DNA from: Alphaproteobacteria bacterium
GTDB taxonomy: Bacteria; Pseudomonadota; Alphaproteobacteria; RF32; CAG-239
Length of the DNA stretch: 64,000 nt
Assembly: GCA_017528205.1 (NCBI GenBank)
Contig: JAFXPE010000032.1
Coordinates: 145,986-209,985 of the forward strand
Direction of reading: 5' to 3'
Under the pieces are notes generated by a model. The model worked only from the letters and a program-made list of their open reading frames with translations, searched no databases and was not told the DNA's origin. Shown one piece after another: positions 49,626-59,822 of the stretch (position 1 is the stretch's first letter; every line of letters begins with the position of its first letter). The position numbers and the translations under genes were made by a program.

Positions 49626-50192
49626 ATGCCGAAAATAAATAAAATAATATTGTTGGTCGGTCTGATGGGAAGCGGTAAAACCAGCGTCGGAAAACGATTG
49701 GCACGCAAGTTGTCTTTGCCGTTTGTAGATGGGGACCAAGAAATTGAAAAAGCCGCGGGGCTTTCGTTGGTGGATGTGCTGAAATGCTTTGGCGAAAAAG
49801 AATATCGCGCCGGCGAAGAACGCGTAATGAAACGTTTGTTGCAAGGTGCACCTTGCGTTTTAGCTTCCGGCGGTGGTTCTTTTGTGGCCCAAAAAACGCG
49901 TGAGCTGGCCAAAGATAAGGCGCTGACCATATGGCTTAAGGCCGATATCGATACTTTATATCATCGCACCGCAGGGCGAACTCGTCGACCTTTTTTGTTA
50001 GGTGATAACGATACGGTAAAGGCTAAATTGCAAGAATATATTACCGAAGAATATCCGTATTATTCCGAAGCTGATATTGTGGTGGAAACCAAAGAGGAAA
50101 AGGTTGAAAACACGGTGCGTCATGTTTTGGCGGCTATCAATCGCTATTATCGTAATCAGGAAAATAACAGGAGGAAAAATGCGTCCGAATAA
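49626..50192 (+). CDS. aroK: shikimate kinase
   Basis: Walker A GLMGSGKTSVGKRLA plus shikimate-binding region. Confidence 0.85.
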   Translation: MPKINKIILLVGLMGSGKTSVGKRLARKLSLPFVDGDQEIEKAAGLSLVDVLKCFGEKEYRAGEERVMKRLLQGAPCVLASGGGSFVAQKTRELAKDKALTIWLKADIDTLYHRTAGRTRRPFLLGDNDTVKAKLQEYITEEYPYYSEADIVVETKEEKVENTVRHVLAAINRYYRNQENNRRKNASE

Positions 50193-50889
50193 TCGCACCG
50201 CCGAACAAATGCGGACTTTGGAAATTACGCCCGATGTGAATTTATATGCCGAGGGTTCGTGTTTGATAACGGTTGGCAACACCAAAGTTTTGTGTACGGC
50301 CACGGTGGATAAAAATGTTCCGGCGTGGTTAAAAGGCCAAAATCGCGGCTGGATAACCGCCGAATACTCGCTTTTGCCGCGAGCCACCCAAACCAGAGTG
50401 GCGCGAGAAACCAAGGGAGTGGGCGGCAGAACGCACGAAATTCAGCGTTTAATCGGTCGCTCGCTAAGGGCAGTTACGGATTTGACGGCAATGCCGGAAA
50501 TTTGCATACAAATTGACTGCGATGTTCTGCAGGCCGACGGCGGTACGCGCACGGCTTCGATTTCCGGTGCGTTTGTGGCTTTATATATTGCGTTGCGCAA
50601 ACTGGTGCAAAACGGAGAGTTGCCGCGAAACCCGATTCGCGAATATCTGGCGGCGGTTTCCTGCGGAATTTATGACGGCGAGCCGGTGCTTGATTTGGAA
50701 TATGTCGAGGATTCGCACGCCGATGCCGATACCAATTTTGTTTTAACCGAAAGCGGGAGAATTGTGGAAATTCAGGCCACAGCCGAAGGTGCAACTTTTG
50801 ACGAGGCGCAGTTTAACGAATTATTCCGTTTGGCGAAAGCAGGCGTGCACCAAATTATTTGTGCACAGAAAAAAGTTTTGGGAGAATAA
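50179..50889 (+). CDS. rph: ribonuclease PH
   Basis: MRPNNRTAEQMR..GSCL..GNTKVLC, the typical Rph N-terminus. Start 50179 after a GGAGGA SD; overlaps the aroK end by 14 nt. Confidence 0.9.
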   Translation: MRPNNRTAEQMRTLEITPDVNLYAEGSCLITVGNTKVLCTATVDKNVPAWLKGQNRGWITAEYSLLPRATQTRVARETKGVGGRTHEIQRLIGRSLRAVTDLTAMPEICIQIDCDVLQADGGTRTASISGAFVALYIALRKLVQNGELPRNPIREYLAAVSCGIYDGEPVLDLEYVEDSHADADTNFVLTESGRIVEIQATAEGATFDEAQFNELFRLAKAGVHQIICAQKKVLGE

Positions 50890-50890
50890 A

Positions 50891-51484
50891 ATGAAAATAA
50901 CGGAGATATTGTTTGCCAGCCATAACGCCGGAAAAATCAAAGAAATTAAGCAAATGCTTGAGCCGTTGGGAATTAGCGTTAAATCGGCCGAAGACTTGGA
51001 ATTTCCTGATGTTGAAGAAACCGGAACCACCTTTGCCGAAAATTCGTTATTGAAATCGCAAACCATTGCCAAAGCTTTGGGAAAACCGTGTATTGCCGAT
51101 GATTCCGGTTTGTGCGTTGATGCCTTAAACGGTGCACCCGGAGTTTATTCGGCCAGATATGCTCCCGACCGTGATTTTGATAAGGGAATGGATAAGTTGT
51201 TGCAGGAAATGGCGGCCAGCAATAATCCCAGCCGCAAAGCACATTTCGCATGTGTGATATCTTTGGCCTATCCCGACGGAACGCACAAAATTTTTGAAGG
51301 ACGTGTCGAAGGACATATTGCCGAACAAAAAATAGTCGGAGCACAAGGATTCGGCTATGATCCGGTGTTTGTTCCCGATGGATTTGATAAAAGTTTTGCC
51401 CAAATGAGCAAAGAAGATAAAAACAAAATATCACATCGCGGTCGAGCAATGCAAAAATTAAAGGAATATCTTTCCACATTATAA
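50891..51484 (+). CDS. rdgB: dITP/XTP pyrophosphatase RdgB (Ham1 family)
   Basis: ASHNAGKIKE ... FGYDPVF motifs. Confidence 0.9.
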   Translation: MKITEILFASHNAGKIKEIKQMLEPLGISVKSAEDLEFPDVEETGTTFAENSLLKSQTIAKALGKPCIADDSGLCVDALNGAPGVYSARYAPDRDFDKGMDKLLQEMAASNNPSRKAHFACVISLAYPDGTHKIFEGRVEGHIAEQKIVGAQGFGYDPVFVPDGFDKSFAQMSKEDKNKISHRGRAMQKLKEYLSTL

Positions 51485-51494
51485 GGAAAAGAAA

Positions 51495-54410
51495 ATGGGC
51501 GGTCAAAAAATTTACAACGTCAATGCCGAGGCTTCGTTTGTTGATGTTTTGGCGGAGCGTTATCTTGAAGAATATGCCGAGCGTCCGGAAGAATTGGCAC
51601 AGGTTTTGTTTTTGTTGCCAAACCGGCGTGCCTGCCAAAGTTTGGCCGAGGCGTTTGTACGCTGTCGCGGTTTAACTCCAACGATATTGCCGCAAATGAA
51701 ACCGATTGCCGAAACCGACGAAGACGAAGTTTTTTTAACCGGCGATGCCGCGGTGATAAAAGACTTGTTGCCGGCAGTCAATCAAACCGACAGAGTATTG
51801 CAATTTACCCGACTGATTTTGAAAAAATCTTCTTTGAACTTAGATAAAATGTCGCTGGCTCAGGCCTACGCTTTGGCGCAAAATCTGTCGGAACTGCTGG
51901 ATACGGTGTATAACGAACAGCAAAGTTTTGCTAAGTTTGATACTCTGGAAACTTTGGTTGGCGCGGAATATGCCGAACATTGGCAACAAACGGTGGAATT
52001 GCTGAAAATAATTACGCAAAATTGGCCGAATATTTTGGCGCAAAATCGTAAAACCAACGCGGTAGAGAGAAAAAATTCGCTGTTGCGGGCAGAAATCGAT
52101 TATTGGCAAAAAACTCAGCCGCAACGCCGAATTGTGGTTGCCGGAACTACGGCCGCGTTTCCGATTTTAAAAGAACTGGTGCAAACGGTTTTGCAGTTGC
52201 CGAACGGCGAGGTATATCTTTACGGATTGGATAAATATTTGTCGGATGCGGAGTGGAAAAAAATTGATGAAAATCACCCGCAGTACGAACTGAAAGAATT
52301 ACTGGAATATTTAAAAATATCGCGTGCCGACGTGCAAAATCTCAATCAAATTCCGTTTACCGTGCGCGAAAAAATCGTGGCAGAAACCATGCGTCCGGCC
52401 GAAACTACAAAAGCTTGGTGCAATTTGAGTGCACACCCGATTGCTCGGGAAGATTTTTCGCATATAAAACTGCTGAATTGCGATGATATGCGTCAAGAGG
52501 CCGAAGCAATTGCTCTGATTATCCGCCACACTTTGGAAACGCCGAAAAAAACTGCGGTTTTGGTAACTATGGATCGAGATTTGTCGCGGCGGGTGGTTTC
52601 CGAATTGCAAAAATGGAACATAGCCGCCGACGATTCGGCCGGTAAACCGCTGAGCTTGACGCCAATCGGCATATATTTACAGCTTATTTGCGACTATATG
52701 GAAAATAAAACCGACACCGCCTTGATATCGCTGATGAAGCACCCGTTCACCAATTGCAGACAAAGTATTGCCGATTTTAATGCCCGTTTGCGAAAGCTGG
52801 AATATACCTTGCGCAAAGGTGAAGCGTTTGATGCGGAAACACAAAATTTTTATAACGAAATATGCCGTCGTTTGCAACCGCTGACGGATTTGTATGCCCA
52901 ACCGTACGTTTCTTTGGAACAAATTTTTATAACCCACATTAAAGTTGCCGAAGATTTAGCCGATACCGATTTGAAAAAAGGCGCGCAGATTATTTGGAAA
53001 AACGATGCCGGTAATGTGGCGGCCAAATTTGTGGGAGATTTCGCCGGTCGTTGCGGGCAAATGGACAGCATTAAAACCAACGATTACAGCGCATTTTTAT
53101 CGCTGTTGCTGGCCGAACAAAGCGTGCGTACGCGATTCGGTACACACCCGCGTGTGAAGATTCTCGGTCCGATAGAGGCAAGGCTGGCACAATATGACGT
53201 GACGATTATCGGCGAGGCCAACGAAGGTGTGTGGCCGAAAATTCCCGAAGCCGATATGTGGATGTCGCGCCCGATGAAAAAGGATTTTGAACTTCCGCAA
53301 CCTGAGCGGCAAATCGGGGTAATGGCCGCGGATTTTGCGCATTTGATGCACGCTCCAGAAGTTTATATTACTCGGGCGCAAAAGGTCGGCAAATATCCGA
53401 CCAATAAATCTCGCTGGTGGTTGCGTTTTGAAACCGTTTTAAAGGCCATTTTCGGACCTAAAGAAAAGGACTTTGCCTTTATTTTTGACCAACCCTATGC
53501 CTATTGGGCCAAAAATTTGGACCGCCGCGACGGATATCATCCCATTTCGGCACCGGAACCGCGCCCGGAAGTTGAACGTCGGCCGACAGAATTATGGGCA
53601 ACCAATGTGGAAAAATGGATTCGCAATCCGTACGAAATTTATGCCAAATGTGTGTTGTCGCTTTATAAAATGGATGAAATTGATCGGGAGCGTCAACCGT
53701 ATGAATTGGGCAATATCATTCACGACGTGTTGAAGGAATTTAACAACATTTACAACACTTCCGATTATCCGTCGGAGGAAAAAGCCCGCAAACAGCTTTT
53801 GCAAATGGGACGCGAGGCTTTTGCCGCCAACGACATTCCGCCGGAAATTGAGGCTTTTTGGTGGCCTAAATACGAAGATGAAATCAACTGGGTGATTGAG
53901 CACGAATGTTCTTGCCGAGACAGGATTCGCACCTTGCACAACGAGGTTAAGGGCAGTATGGAAATGAACGGACCGCGGGGCAAGTTTACGATTTCGGCCA
54001 TTGCCGACCGAATAGAGGAGTTGGAAAACGGCGAGCTGAACATCATCGATTATAAAACCGGCAAAAAACGCTCAACGGACGAGCTGGAAAAAGGCAAAGC
54101 TCCACAGCTGCCGATAGAGGGATTAATCGCGCAAAAGGGCGGATTTACCGACGTTGCTCCGGCCAATGTTGAGGGTTTGCAATATTGGGGGTTGAAAGAT
54201 GAAAGCATCAGCAAAGTGGAGGGAGATAAAACCGCCGGTGTTATGGATATAGTTGAACAAACGGTGCAAAATCATATCAACGCTTATGCTCGCAAAGAAC
54301 AACCGTATTGGGTGAAACCGCGTCCGGCTGATGTTAAAAACCCTTCTGATTATGACCATTTGTCACGCCTGAAAGAATGGAGCGTGCACTCAAATTCGGC
54401 GGAGGATTAG
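51495..54410 (+). CDS. addB: double-strand break repair protein AddB (alphaproteobacterial type)
   Basis: 971 aa, inactive-helicase-like N-terminus; immediately precedes addA. Confidence 0.75.
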   Translation: MGGQKIYNVNAEASFVDVLAERYLEEYAERPEELAQVLFLLPNRRACQSLAEAFVRCRGLTPTILPQMKPIAETDEDEVFLTGDAAVIKDLLPAVNQTDRVLQFTRLILKKSSLNLDKMSLAQAYALAQNLSELLDTVYNEQQSFAKFDTLETLVGAEYAEHWQQTVELLKIITQNWPNILAQNRKTNAVERKNSLLRAEIDYWQKTQPQRRIVVAGTTAAFPILKELVQTVLQLPNGEVYLYGLDKYLSDAEWKKIDENHPQYELKELLEYLKISRADVQNLNQIPFTVREKIVAETMRPAETTKAWCNLSAHPIAREDFSHIKLLNCDDMRQEAEAIALIIRHTLETPKKTAVLVTMDRDLSRRVVSELQKWNIAADDSAGKPLSLTPIGIYLQLICDYMENKTDTALISLMKHPFTNCRQSIADFNARLRKLEYTLRKGEAFDAETQNFYNEICRRLQPLTDLYAQPYVSLEQIFITHIKVAEDLADTDLKKGAQIIWKNDAGNVAAKFVGDFAGRCGQMDSIKTNDYSAFLSLLLAEQSVRTRFGTHPRVKILGPIEARLAQYDVTIIGEANEGVWPKIPEADMWMSRPMKKDFELPQPERQIGVMAADFAHLMHAPEVYITRAQKVGKYPTNKSRWWLRFETVLKAIFGPKEKDFAFIFDQPYAYWAKNLDRRDGYHPISAPEPRPEVERRPTELWATNVEKWIRNPYEIYAKCVLSLYKMDEIDRERQPYELGNIIHDVLKEFNNIYNTSDYPSEEKARKQLLQMGREAFAANDIPPEIEAFWWPKYEDEINWVIEHECSCRDRIRTLHNEVKGSMEMNGPRGKFTISAIADRIEELENGELNIIDYKTGKKRSTDELEKGKAPQLPIEGLIAQKGGFTDVAPANVEGLQYWGLKDESISKVEGDKTAGVMDIVEQTVQNHINAYARKEQPYWVKPRPADVKNPSDYDHLSRLKEWSVHSNSAED

Positions 54411-54412
54411 TG

Positions 54413-57400
54413 ATGACGGATATCCAAAAACTTAAAGAAGAAATCGAAGAATTTGCCACCGATCAGCAACGCCGTGCCGCCGATCCCGAGAGCTCGGTAT
54501 GGGTTGAGGCCTCGGCCGGAACCGGCAAAACCAAAGTGCTGTCGGATAGAGTTTTACGCCTGCTTTTAAACGGAGTTGAACCGATTCGGCTGTTGTGCTT
54601 AACATATACCAAAGCCGCGGCGGTGGAAATGCAAACGCGTGTTTCAAAGCGTTTGAGCGAATGGGCGGTGGAAGATAAAAAAACGTTGCAAGATAATTTA
54701 ACCAAGCTGTTGGGCAACGCCGTCAAATCGGCCGATGAGCTGAGCGCATATTGCGGTTTGGCGCGAACATTGTTTGCCAAGCTATTGGATACTCCCGGCG
54801 GTATAAAAGTTCAAACCTTGCATAGTTTTTGCGCCGATGTGCTGAAAAGATTTCCGCTGGAAGCCGGAATTTCACCTTATTTTTCGGTGTTGGATGACGA
54901 AGAAACCCAAAATGCCTTGGCGCAAATCAAAATTGCCATCATTCAAAGCAAAGATAGTCTCGAAAATCCGGAATTGAGCCAAGCCGTAAACTATTTTATT
55001 GCCAATATGGCCGAGCAAACATTCGACAGTATGTTGAAAAAAATTATCGAATCTCGCCTGAGTATGGCCAAAATAATTGTTAAAAACAACGGACTTTCAG
55101 GATTTTTAGGTGCGCTGGCCACTAAGTTGAACGTAAATATTACGGATACGGAAGAAAGCATCAAACAAGAATTTATGGATTCGTTGCGCTTGCGACGGGC
55201 CGAATTTCTCTCGTATATTGATGCTTTGATGCACGGCTCGCCGAAAAAGGATAAAGAAAAAGCTTTAAAGTTGGCGCAAGTCGTTGAGCACGATTTTCGG
55301 CTTCAGGATTATGAAAAATATAAAAGTTGCTATTTCGGAAGCAATAATCAACCGTATAAAGTTTTGGCCACTAAAGATGCCGTAAATTATGACCCGCAGC
55401 TGACAGAAAAATTGACGGCCGAACTATGGCGTTTGGAAGCACTTGAAAATAAAATGTTGAAATTGCGTCTTTTCTTTTCAACCAAGGCGGCATTTACCAT
55501 TGCGGCGGAAATCAATCGGCGCTACGACGCGTATAAAGCTGAGCGCGCTTGTATGGATTTTGAAGATTTGATTTATCATACGCGCCGTTTGCTTGCGGAG
55601 GCTGATGCGCGTCAATGGGTGTTATACAAGCTCGACGGCGGTATTGACCACATATTGCTTGACGAGGCACAGGACACTTCGTCGGACCAATGGGATATCG
55701 TGTCCGGTTTGTGCGACGACTTTTTCAGCGGCGAAGGACAATCGGAGAATAATCGCACCTTGTTTGTGGTCGGCGATCGCAAACAATCGATATACAGTTT
55801 TCAGGGCGCGGATCCGGAAAAGTTTGATAAAATATCTTATGATTTTGAAAAAAAGGCCAAGGAAGCAGACAAAGATTTTCAGCGCATAAATCTGGAAATA
55901 TCTTTCCGTTCCGCACCGGCGATATTGGACGCGGTGAACAAAATTTTTGCCACCCATCCGGCGGCCGACGGAGTGGTGTCGGAAACGCAAAAAGTGGAAC
56001 ATAAGCCGTTTCGTGTCGGGCAATTCGGCAAAGTAACGATTATGCCGATTATGCTGCCGGAAAAAGACCAGAAAACTCATACCGAAAACGAATATTTGCA
56101 ACCGCCGATGGAGCGCGTTTATAAAACGGCTTTGGTCACCAAAATCGCAGAAACCGTGGCACACCAGATTCGCTGTTTGATGGATCAATCGGCAACCACC
56201 GACAAGCCTTTGCATTATCGGGACATTATGGTTTTGGTGCGGCGCCGTAATGATTTTGTGGGTGAATTTATCCGTGCTTGCGAAAAAGAGGGAGTTCGCA
56301 TTTCCGGTGCCGACAGATTAAAACTTTCCGACCAAATAGCAATTGACGATTTGATTTCTCTGGGCAAATTTTTGCTGTTTCCGAAAGACAACTTATCGCT
56401 GGCCGAAGTTTTGACTTCGCCGCTGTTTTCCATTGACGAAAACTTGCTTGAAGATTTGTGCTACGGCCGCGGAGAAGATGACTTATGGACCAGAATCCAA
56501 AAGGATTCGCGTTGCACCGAAATTAAAAACAGCTTAAAAACGTTGCTTGATAAATTAGATTATGTGCGACCTTATGAGTTGTTCAATTATGTGCTTTCCA
56601 CCATGGGCGGACGGCGCAAATTTGTGCGACGTATGGGACAGGAAGTTGAAGATGCGCTCGATGAATTTATCAACATAACCTTGGATTATGAACAACATCA
56701 AACGCCGAGTTTGCAAGGTTTTATTTCGTGGTTTGGCCAATGCGACCGCGAAATTAAGCGCGAAAGCGACGATCCGGAAATTGATGCCGTTCGCCTTTGC
56801 ACGGTGCATCATTCCAAGGGTTTGCAAGCGCCGATTGTTATTTTGCCGGATACCAATATGCTACCGAACGGCAGTCGCAAACAACAACTGTTGCAAGACG
56901 ATTCGCTCGGTTATTATCCGCTTAATTCTGCGGCTTATGATGATATATGCAGCGAGCTGAACGACAAAATTCACGCCCGCGAAATGCTGGAATATCATCG
57001 CTTGCTTTATGTGGCCTTAACCCGTGCGGAAAACGAATTGTATATATACGCATACGGCAACAAAAACCAAGAAGCGTGGTACAATTTGTGCCGTGAGGCT
57101 TTGGCTGAACCCGGAACCGATGAAAAAGAGCCGATTGAGTTGATTTCGGCGGCCGAAGAAGTGGCAAAAGATGATGAAGAAACACCGGAGCCGCCAAAGG
57201 TATATAAGATGGAAGAGTGGATAGACCAAAGCGTCAAAGCAGAATCGGCGTTGTCGAAGCCATACACTCCGTCTAAGGAAGAAAGCGATGAGGAGCCGGA
57301 TTCGGCATCGCCGCTTATCGATAACGGAAAGTTTTATCGTCGCGGCACACTCATTCACCGCTTGTTGCAGTTTTTGCCGCAAAACAGCGGAAATCGCGAA

Positions 57401-57793
57401 GATGCGATAGATACTTTCTTACAACAAAACAGCGAAAATTTCTCTTTGCAAGAATGCAAACAAATAAAAACCGAAGTGTTGCAATTGCTTAAAAATCCGG
57501 AGTTTGCGGAAATTTTCGGTGCGGATTCACAAGCCGAAGTGCCGATAATGGGCGAGGTTGACGGTAAAATATTGTCGGCGCAAATCGACAGATTGATAAT
57601 TTTGCCGGATAAAATCAAAATCGTGGATTTCAAAACCAACCGTCCGCCGGCAAAAACCGTTGCCGAAACGCCACCGCAATATATCAAACAGCTTGAGGCT
57701 TATGCCAAATTGGCGCGCAAAATATATCCGCAAAAGCAAATCGAGACCTATATTTTATGGACCAACGAAACCCGACTGATGAAAGTTGCATAA
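54413..57793 (+). CDS. addA: double-strand break repair helicase/nuclease AddA
   Basis: UvrD-like helicase motifs (ASAGTGKTKVL, LLDEAQDTS) and C-terminal nuclease domain; start 54413 after a GGAGGA SD. Confidence 0.85.
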   Translation: MTDIQKLKEEIEEFATDQQRRAADPESSVWVEASAGTGKTKVLSDRVLRLLLNGVEPIRLLCLTYTKAAAVEMQTRVSKRLSEWAVEDKKTLQDNLTKLLGNAVKSADELSAYCGLARTLFAKLLDTPGGIKVQTLHSFCADVLKRFPLEAGISPYFSVLDDEETQNALAQIKIAIIQSKDSLENPELSQAVNYFIANMAEQTFDSMLKKIIESRLSMAKIIVKNNGLSGFLGALATKLNVNITDTEESIKQEFMDSLRLRRAEFLSYIDALMHGSPKKDKEKALKLAQVVEHDFRLQDYEKYKSCYFGSNNQPYKVLATKDAVNYDPQLTEKLTAELWRLEALENKMLKLRLFFSTKAAFTIAAEINRRYDAYKAERACMDFEDLIYHTRRLLAEADARQWVLYKLDGGIDHILLDEAQDTSSDQWDIVSGLCDDFFSGEGQSENNRTLFVVGDRKQSIYSFQGADPEKFDKISYDFEKKAKEADKDFQRINLEISFRSAPAILDAVNKIFATHPAADGVVSETQKVEHKPFRVGQFGKVTIMPIMLPEKDQKTHTENEYLQPPMERVYKTALVTKIAETVAHQIRCLMDQSATTDKPLHYRDIMVLVRRRNDFVGEFIRACEKEGVRISGADRLKLSDQIAIDDLISLGKFLLFPKDNLSLAEVLTSPLFSIDENLLEDLCYGRGEDDLWTRIQKDSRCTEIKNSLKTLLDKLDYVRPYELFNYVLSTMGGRRKFVRRMGQEVEDALDEFINITLDYEQHQTPSLQGFISWFGQCDREIKRESDDPEIDAVRLCTVHHSKGLQAPIVILPDTNMLPNGSRKQQLLQDDSLGYYPLNSAAYDDICSELNDKIHAREMLEYHRLLYVALTRAENELYIYAYGNKNQEAWYNLCREALAEPGTDEKEPIELISAAEEVAKDDEETPEPPKVYKMEEWIDQSVKAESALSKPYTPSKEESDEEPDSASPLIDNGKFYRRGTLIHRLLQFLPQNSGNREDAIDTFLQQNSENFSLQECKQIKTEVLQLLKNPEFAEIFGADSQAEVPIMGEVDGKILSAQIDRLIILPDKIKIVDFKTNRPPAKTVAETPPQYIKQLEAYAKLARKIYPQKQIETYILWTNETRLMKVA

Positions 57794-57877
57794 AAAAGGT
57801 TGTAATTATTTTGTTTATCTTTAATATAACAAATACACACATTATATATATGCAAAATTAACAATAGGAGATAAGAA

Positions 57878-58195
57878 ATGACACAACCTTTAACAGACAG
57901 CCAGTTTGGCGAAAACGTATTAAATGCCAAAGGACTGGTGCTGGTGGATTTTTGGGCCGAATGGTGCGGACCATGCCGTCAGCTCGGACCGATTTTGGAA
58001 GCAATCGACAACGAAATCGGCAGTGATGTGAAAATATATAAGATGAACGTTGATGATTCGCCGCAAATTGCCGGACAGTTGGGGATTCGCAGTATTCCGA
58101 CCATGTTTTTGTTCAAAGACGGTAAGCAGGTTGATGTTAAGGTTGGATTAAATACCCAATCTAACATTCAAAGCTGGATTCAGTCTTATAAATAA
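57878..58195 (+). CDS. trxA: thioredoxin
   Basis: WAEWCGPC active site; 105 aa. Confidence 0.9.
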   Translation: MTQPLTDSQFGENVLNAKGLVLVDFWAEWCGPCRQLGPILEAIDNEIGSDVKIYKMNVDDSPQIAGQLGIRSIPTMFLFKDGKQVDVKVGLNTQSNIQSWIQSYK

Positions 58196-58201
58196 AAAAA
58201 C

Positions 58202-58229
58202 TTGCAATTTGCTGCAAATACTTTAATAT
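58202..58229 (+). promoter_or_regulatory. sigma70-like promoter (TTGCAA-N16-TAATAT) of leader RNA copy 2
   Basis: Same hexamers and spacing as copy 1. Confidence 0.55.
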
Positions 58230-58234
58230 TAACT

Positions 58235-58382
58235 CCGCAGACGAGAGGTCGTTTGCGGAGTTTCACAACTCCTCTCTTGAAATAACTCCTCTTAACGGGG
58301 AGCCGGTTGAATATACCGAATAGACCGGACTGACAAGAGCAGTTGTGAACTCCCCACCTTGAAGGAATTTGAGGTGGTTTTT
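58235..58382 (+). ncRNA. structured leader/sRNA element copy 2 (paralog of 15156..15308)
   Basis: Same conserved blocks; 5' hairpin 58235..58258 with compensatory substitutions relative to copy 1; terminator hairpin 58353..58376 plus T-run. Confidence 0.5.
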
Positions 58383-58416
58383 GTTTTTAAATTAACAAAA
58401 TCAGGAGTTCAAAACA

Positions 58417-58644
58417 ATGGGAAAATATGAATATTTTGTAGATAAAGAAACCCAAAAAGAAATCGGACACGAATTGTGGAAAATACGTCAGGAAAAACGC
58501 TTGTTGTTGCATCAGGTGCAAAGCAAAACGCATGTTCCAGAGCGGATTATTGATGGCATAGAAATCGGCCGTCATCTTAATTACGGAATGGTACGCAAAC
58601 TCATTAAATTTTACGGCAAGAATATGCTGGTGGTATTTGAATGA
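58417..58644 (+). CDS. small XRE-family helix-turn-helix protein (paralog 2)
   Basis: 75 aa; IGHELWKIRQEKRLLLHQVQSKTHVPERIIDGIEIG; AGGAG SD. Confidence 0.7.
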   Translation: MGKYEYFVDKETQKEIGHELWKIRQEKRLLLHQVQSKTHVPERIIDGIEIGRHLNYGMVRKLIKFYGKNMLVVFE

Positions 58645-58662
58645 AAAATGTCATATAACAAA

Positions 58663-58696
58663 AACGCCGCCCGAAAAGGCGGCGCTTTAATTTTTA
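58663..58696. terminator. bidirectional intrinsic terminator (HTH gene + / rplQ -)
   Basis: GCCGCC-cgaaaa-GGCGGC with flanking T/A runs. Confidence 0.7.
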
Positions 58697-58708
58697 GCTT
58701 ACAGAAAA

Positions 58709-59167
58709 CTATTTGCTTTCAGAGCTTTCGTTTTCTGCTTTTTCAGCTTCGGCAGCAGCAGCTTTTTCTGCGGCAACGCGAGCCAAATCTTTAGCGCCTT
58801 TGGCATTAACATCGCGGTCAACCAATTCGATAATCGCCATCGGAGCGCAATCGCCGTAACGGAAACCGGACTTCAAAACGCGAGTATAACCGCCGTTGCG
58901 GTCTTTATAGCGTTCAGCCAAAGTAGAGAAAAGTTTAGAAACAACTTCATTGTTGCGTAAAAAACCGGCGGCAAGGCGACGGCTGTTCAAATCACCTTTT
59001 TTGGCATATGTAATCATATTGTCGGCAAAAGTTCTTAATTCTTTGGCACGAGTTAAAGTGATTGTAATTTGTTCGTGTGTCAACAACGCAGCTGTTAAAT
59101 TAGAGAACAAAGCTCTTCTCTGACTTTTCGGCATACTGAATTTTCTATGTGCATCACCATGTCTCAT
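58709..59167 (-). CDS. rplQ: 50S ribosomal protein L17
   Basis: MRHGDAHRKFSMPKSQRRALFSNL, the typical L17 N-terminus; acidic/Ala-rich C-terminal extension. Confidence 0.9.
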   Translation of the reverse strand: MRHGDAHRKFSMPKSQRRALFSNLTAALLTHEQITITLTRAKELRTFADNMITYAKKGDLNSRRLAAGFLRNNEVVSKLFSTLAERYKDRNGGYTRVLKSGFRYGDCAPMAIIELVDRDVNAKGAKDLARVAAEKAAAAEAEKAENESSESK

Positions 59168-59333
59168 GATGTTATTCCTTTCTTTTTCTCTGTGCTTTGC
59201 AAGGCAAAGCGGATTAATACAGTGCTTTTACTACGGTGGCAAAATTTGCTCATACATAAAAGCGATTCGTTTATCGTGGCTATGCTTAACACAATATTTT
59301 ATGAAAAGCAAGCAGATTCTTTGGGGTTATAAT

Positions 59334-59358
59334 GAAAAAAATCCCTGTAAAAGGGACT
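59334..59358 (-). terminator. intrinsic terminator after minus-strand ORF 59415..59663
   Basis: TCCCTGT-a-AAAGGGA hairpin with a T-run on the minus strand. Confidence 0.55.
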
Positions 59359-59414
59359 TTATCAATTTGCGGCACAATATCAAAAAGTGTCGCTATGCTC
59401 ACCAAGGCCGAAAA

Positions 59415-59663
59415 CTAATTGTAATCAACCCGACCGCGTTGAATTTTGCTGCTCGGGGTGTTAGATTGTTCTCTAGCCAAATTTTTCAAAGCATTCGGAG
59501 TAAGTCGAACAGCTTCGGCAGAATTAGAATGCTCGTCCAGTTTGATGTTAAATTGCTTCAAAGCATTTTCCTTATCATAACCGGAGCGCGGCAAAACCAA
59601 ATCCTCCGGACCTGTTCCGAGTAATCTTCCTCCTACTTTGGTAAAATCATCTTTCATACTCAT
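59415..59663 (-). CDS. hypothetical 82-aa protein
   Basis: ORF with its own downstream terminator; no recognised motif. Confidence 0.4.
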   Translation of the reverse strand: MSMKDDFTKVGGRLLGTGPEDLVLPRSGYDKENALKQFNIKLDEHSNSAEAVRLTPNALKNLAREQSNTPSSKIQRGRVDYN

Positions 59664-59822
59664 TTTTTTGTCCTCATAAATACAACCTTTTGTCTAACAT
59701 TAACATATACAATATTTTTTGTCAAGATATTTTTGCACAGAAATTAATTAGTTGTGATAAAAAAATCTTTTTATTATACAAATCGGCGCAAATCGGTTAA
59801 AAATAACAAAAAAAGGAGAACT

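Noticed and set aside
59166-59624. 152-aa plus-strand ORF
   Set aside because: Antisense to the rplQ upstream region and the 82-aa gene; no SD.
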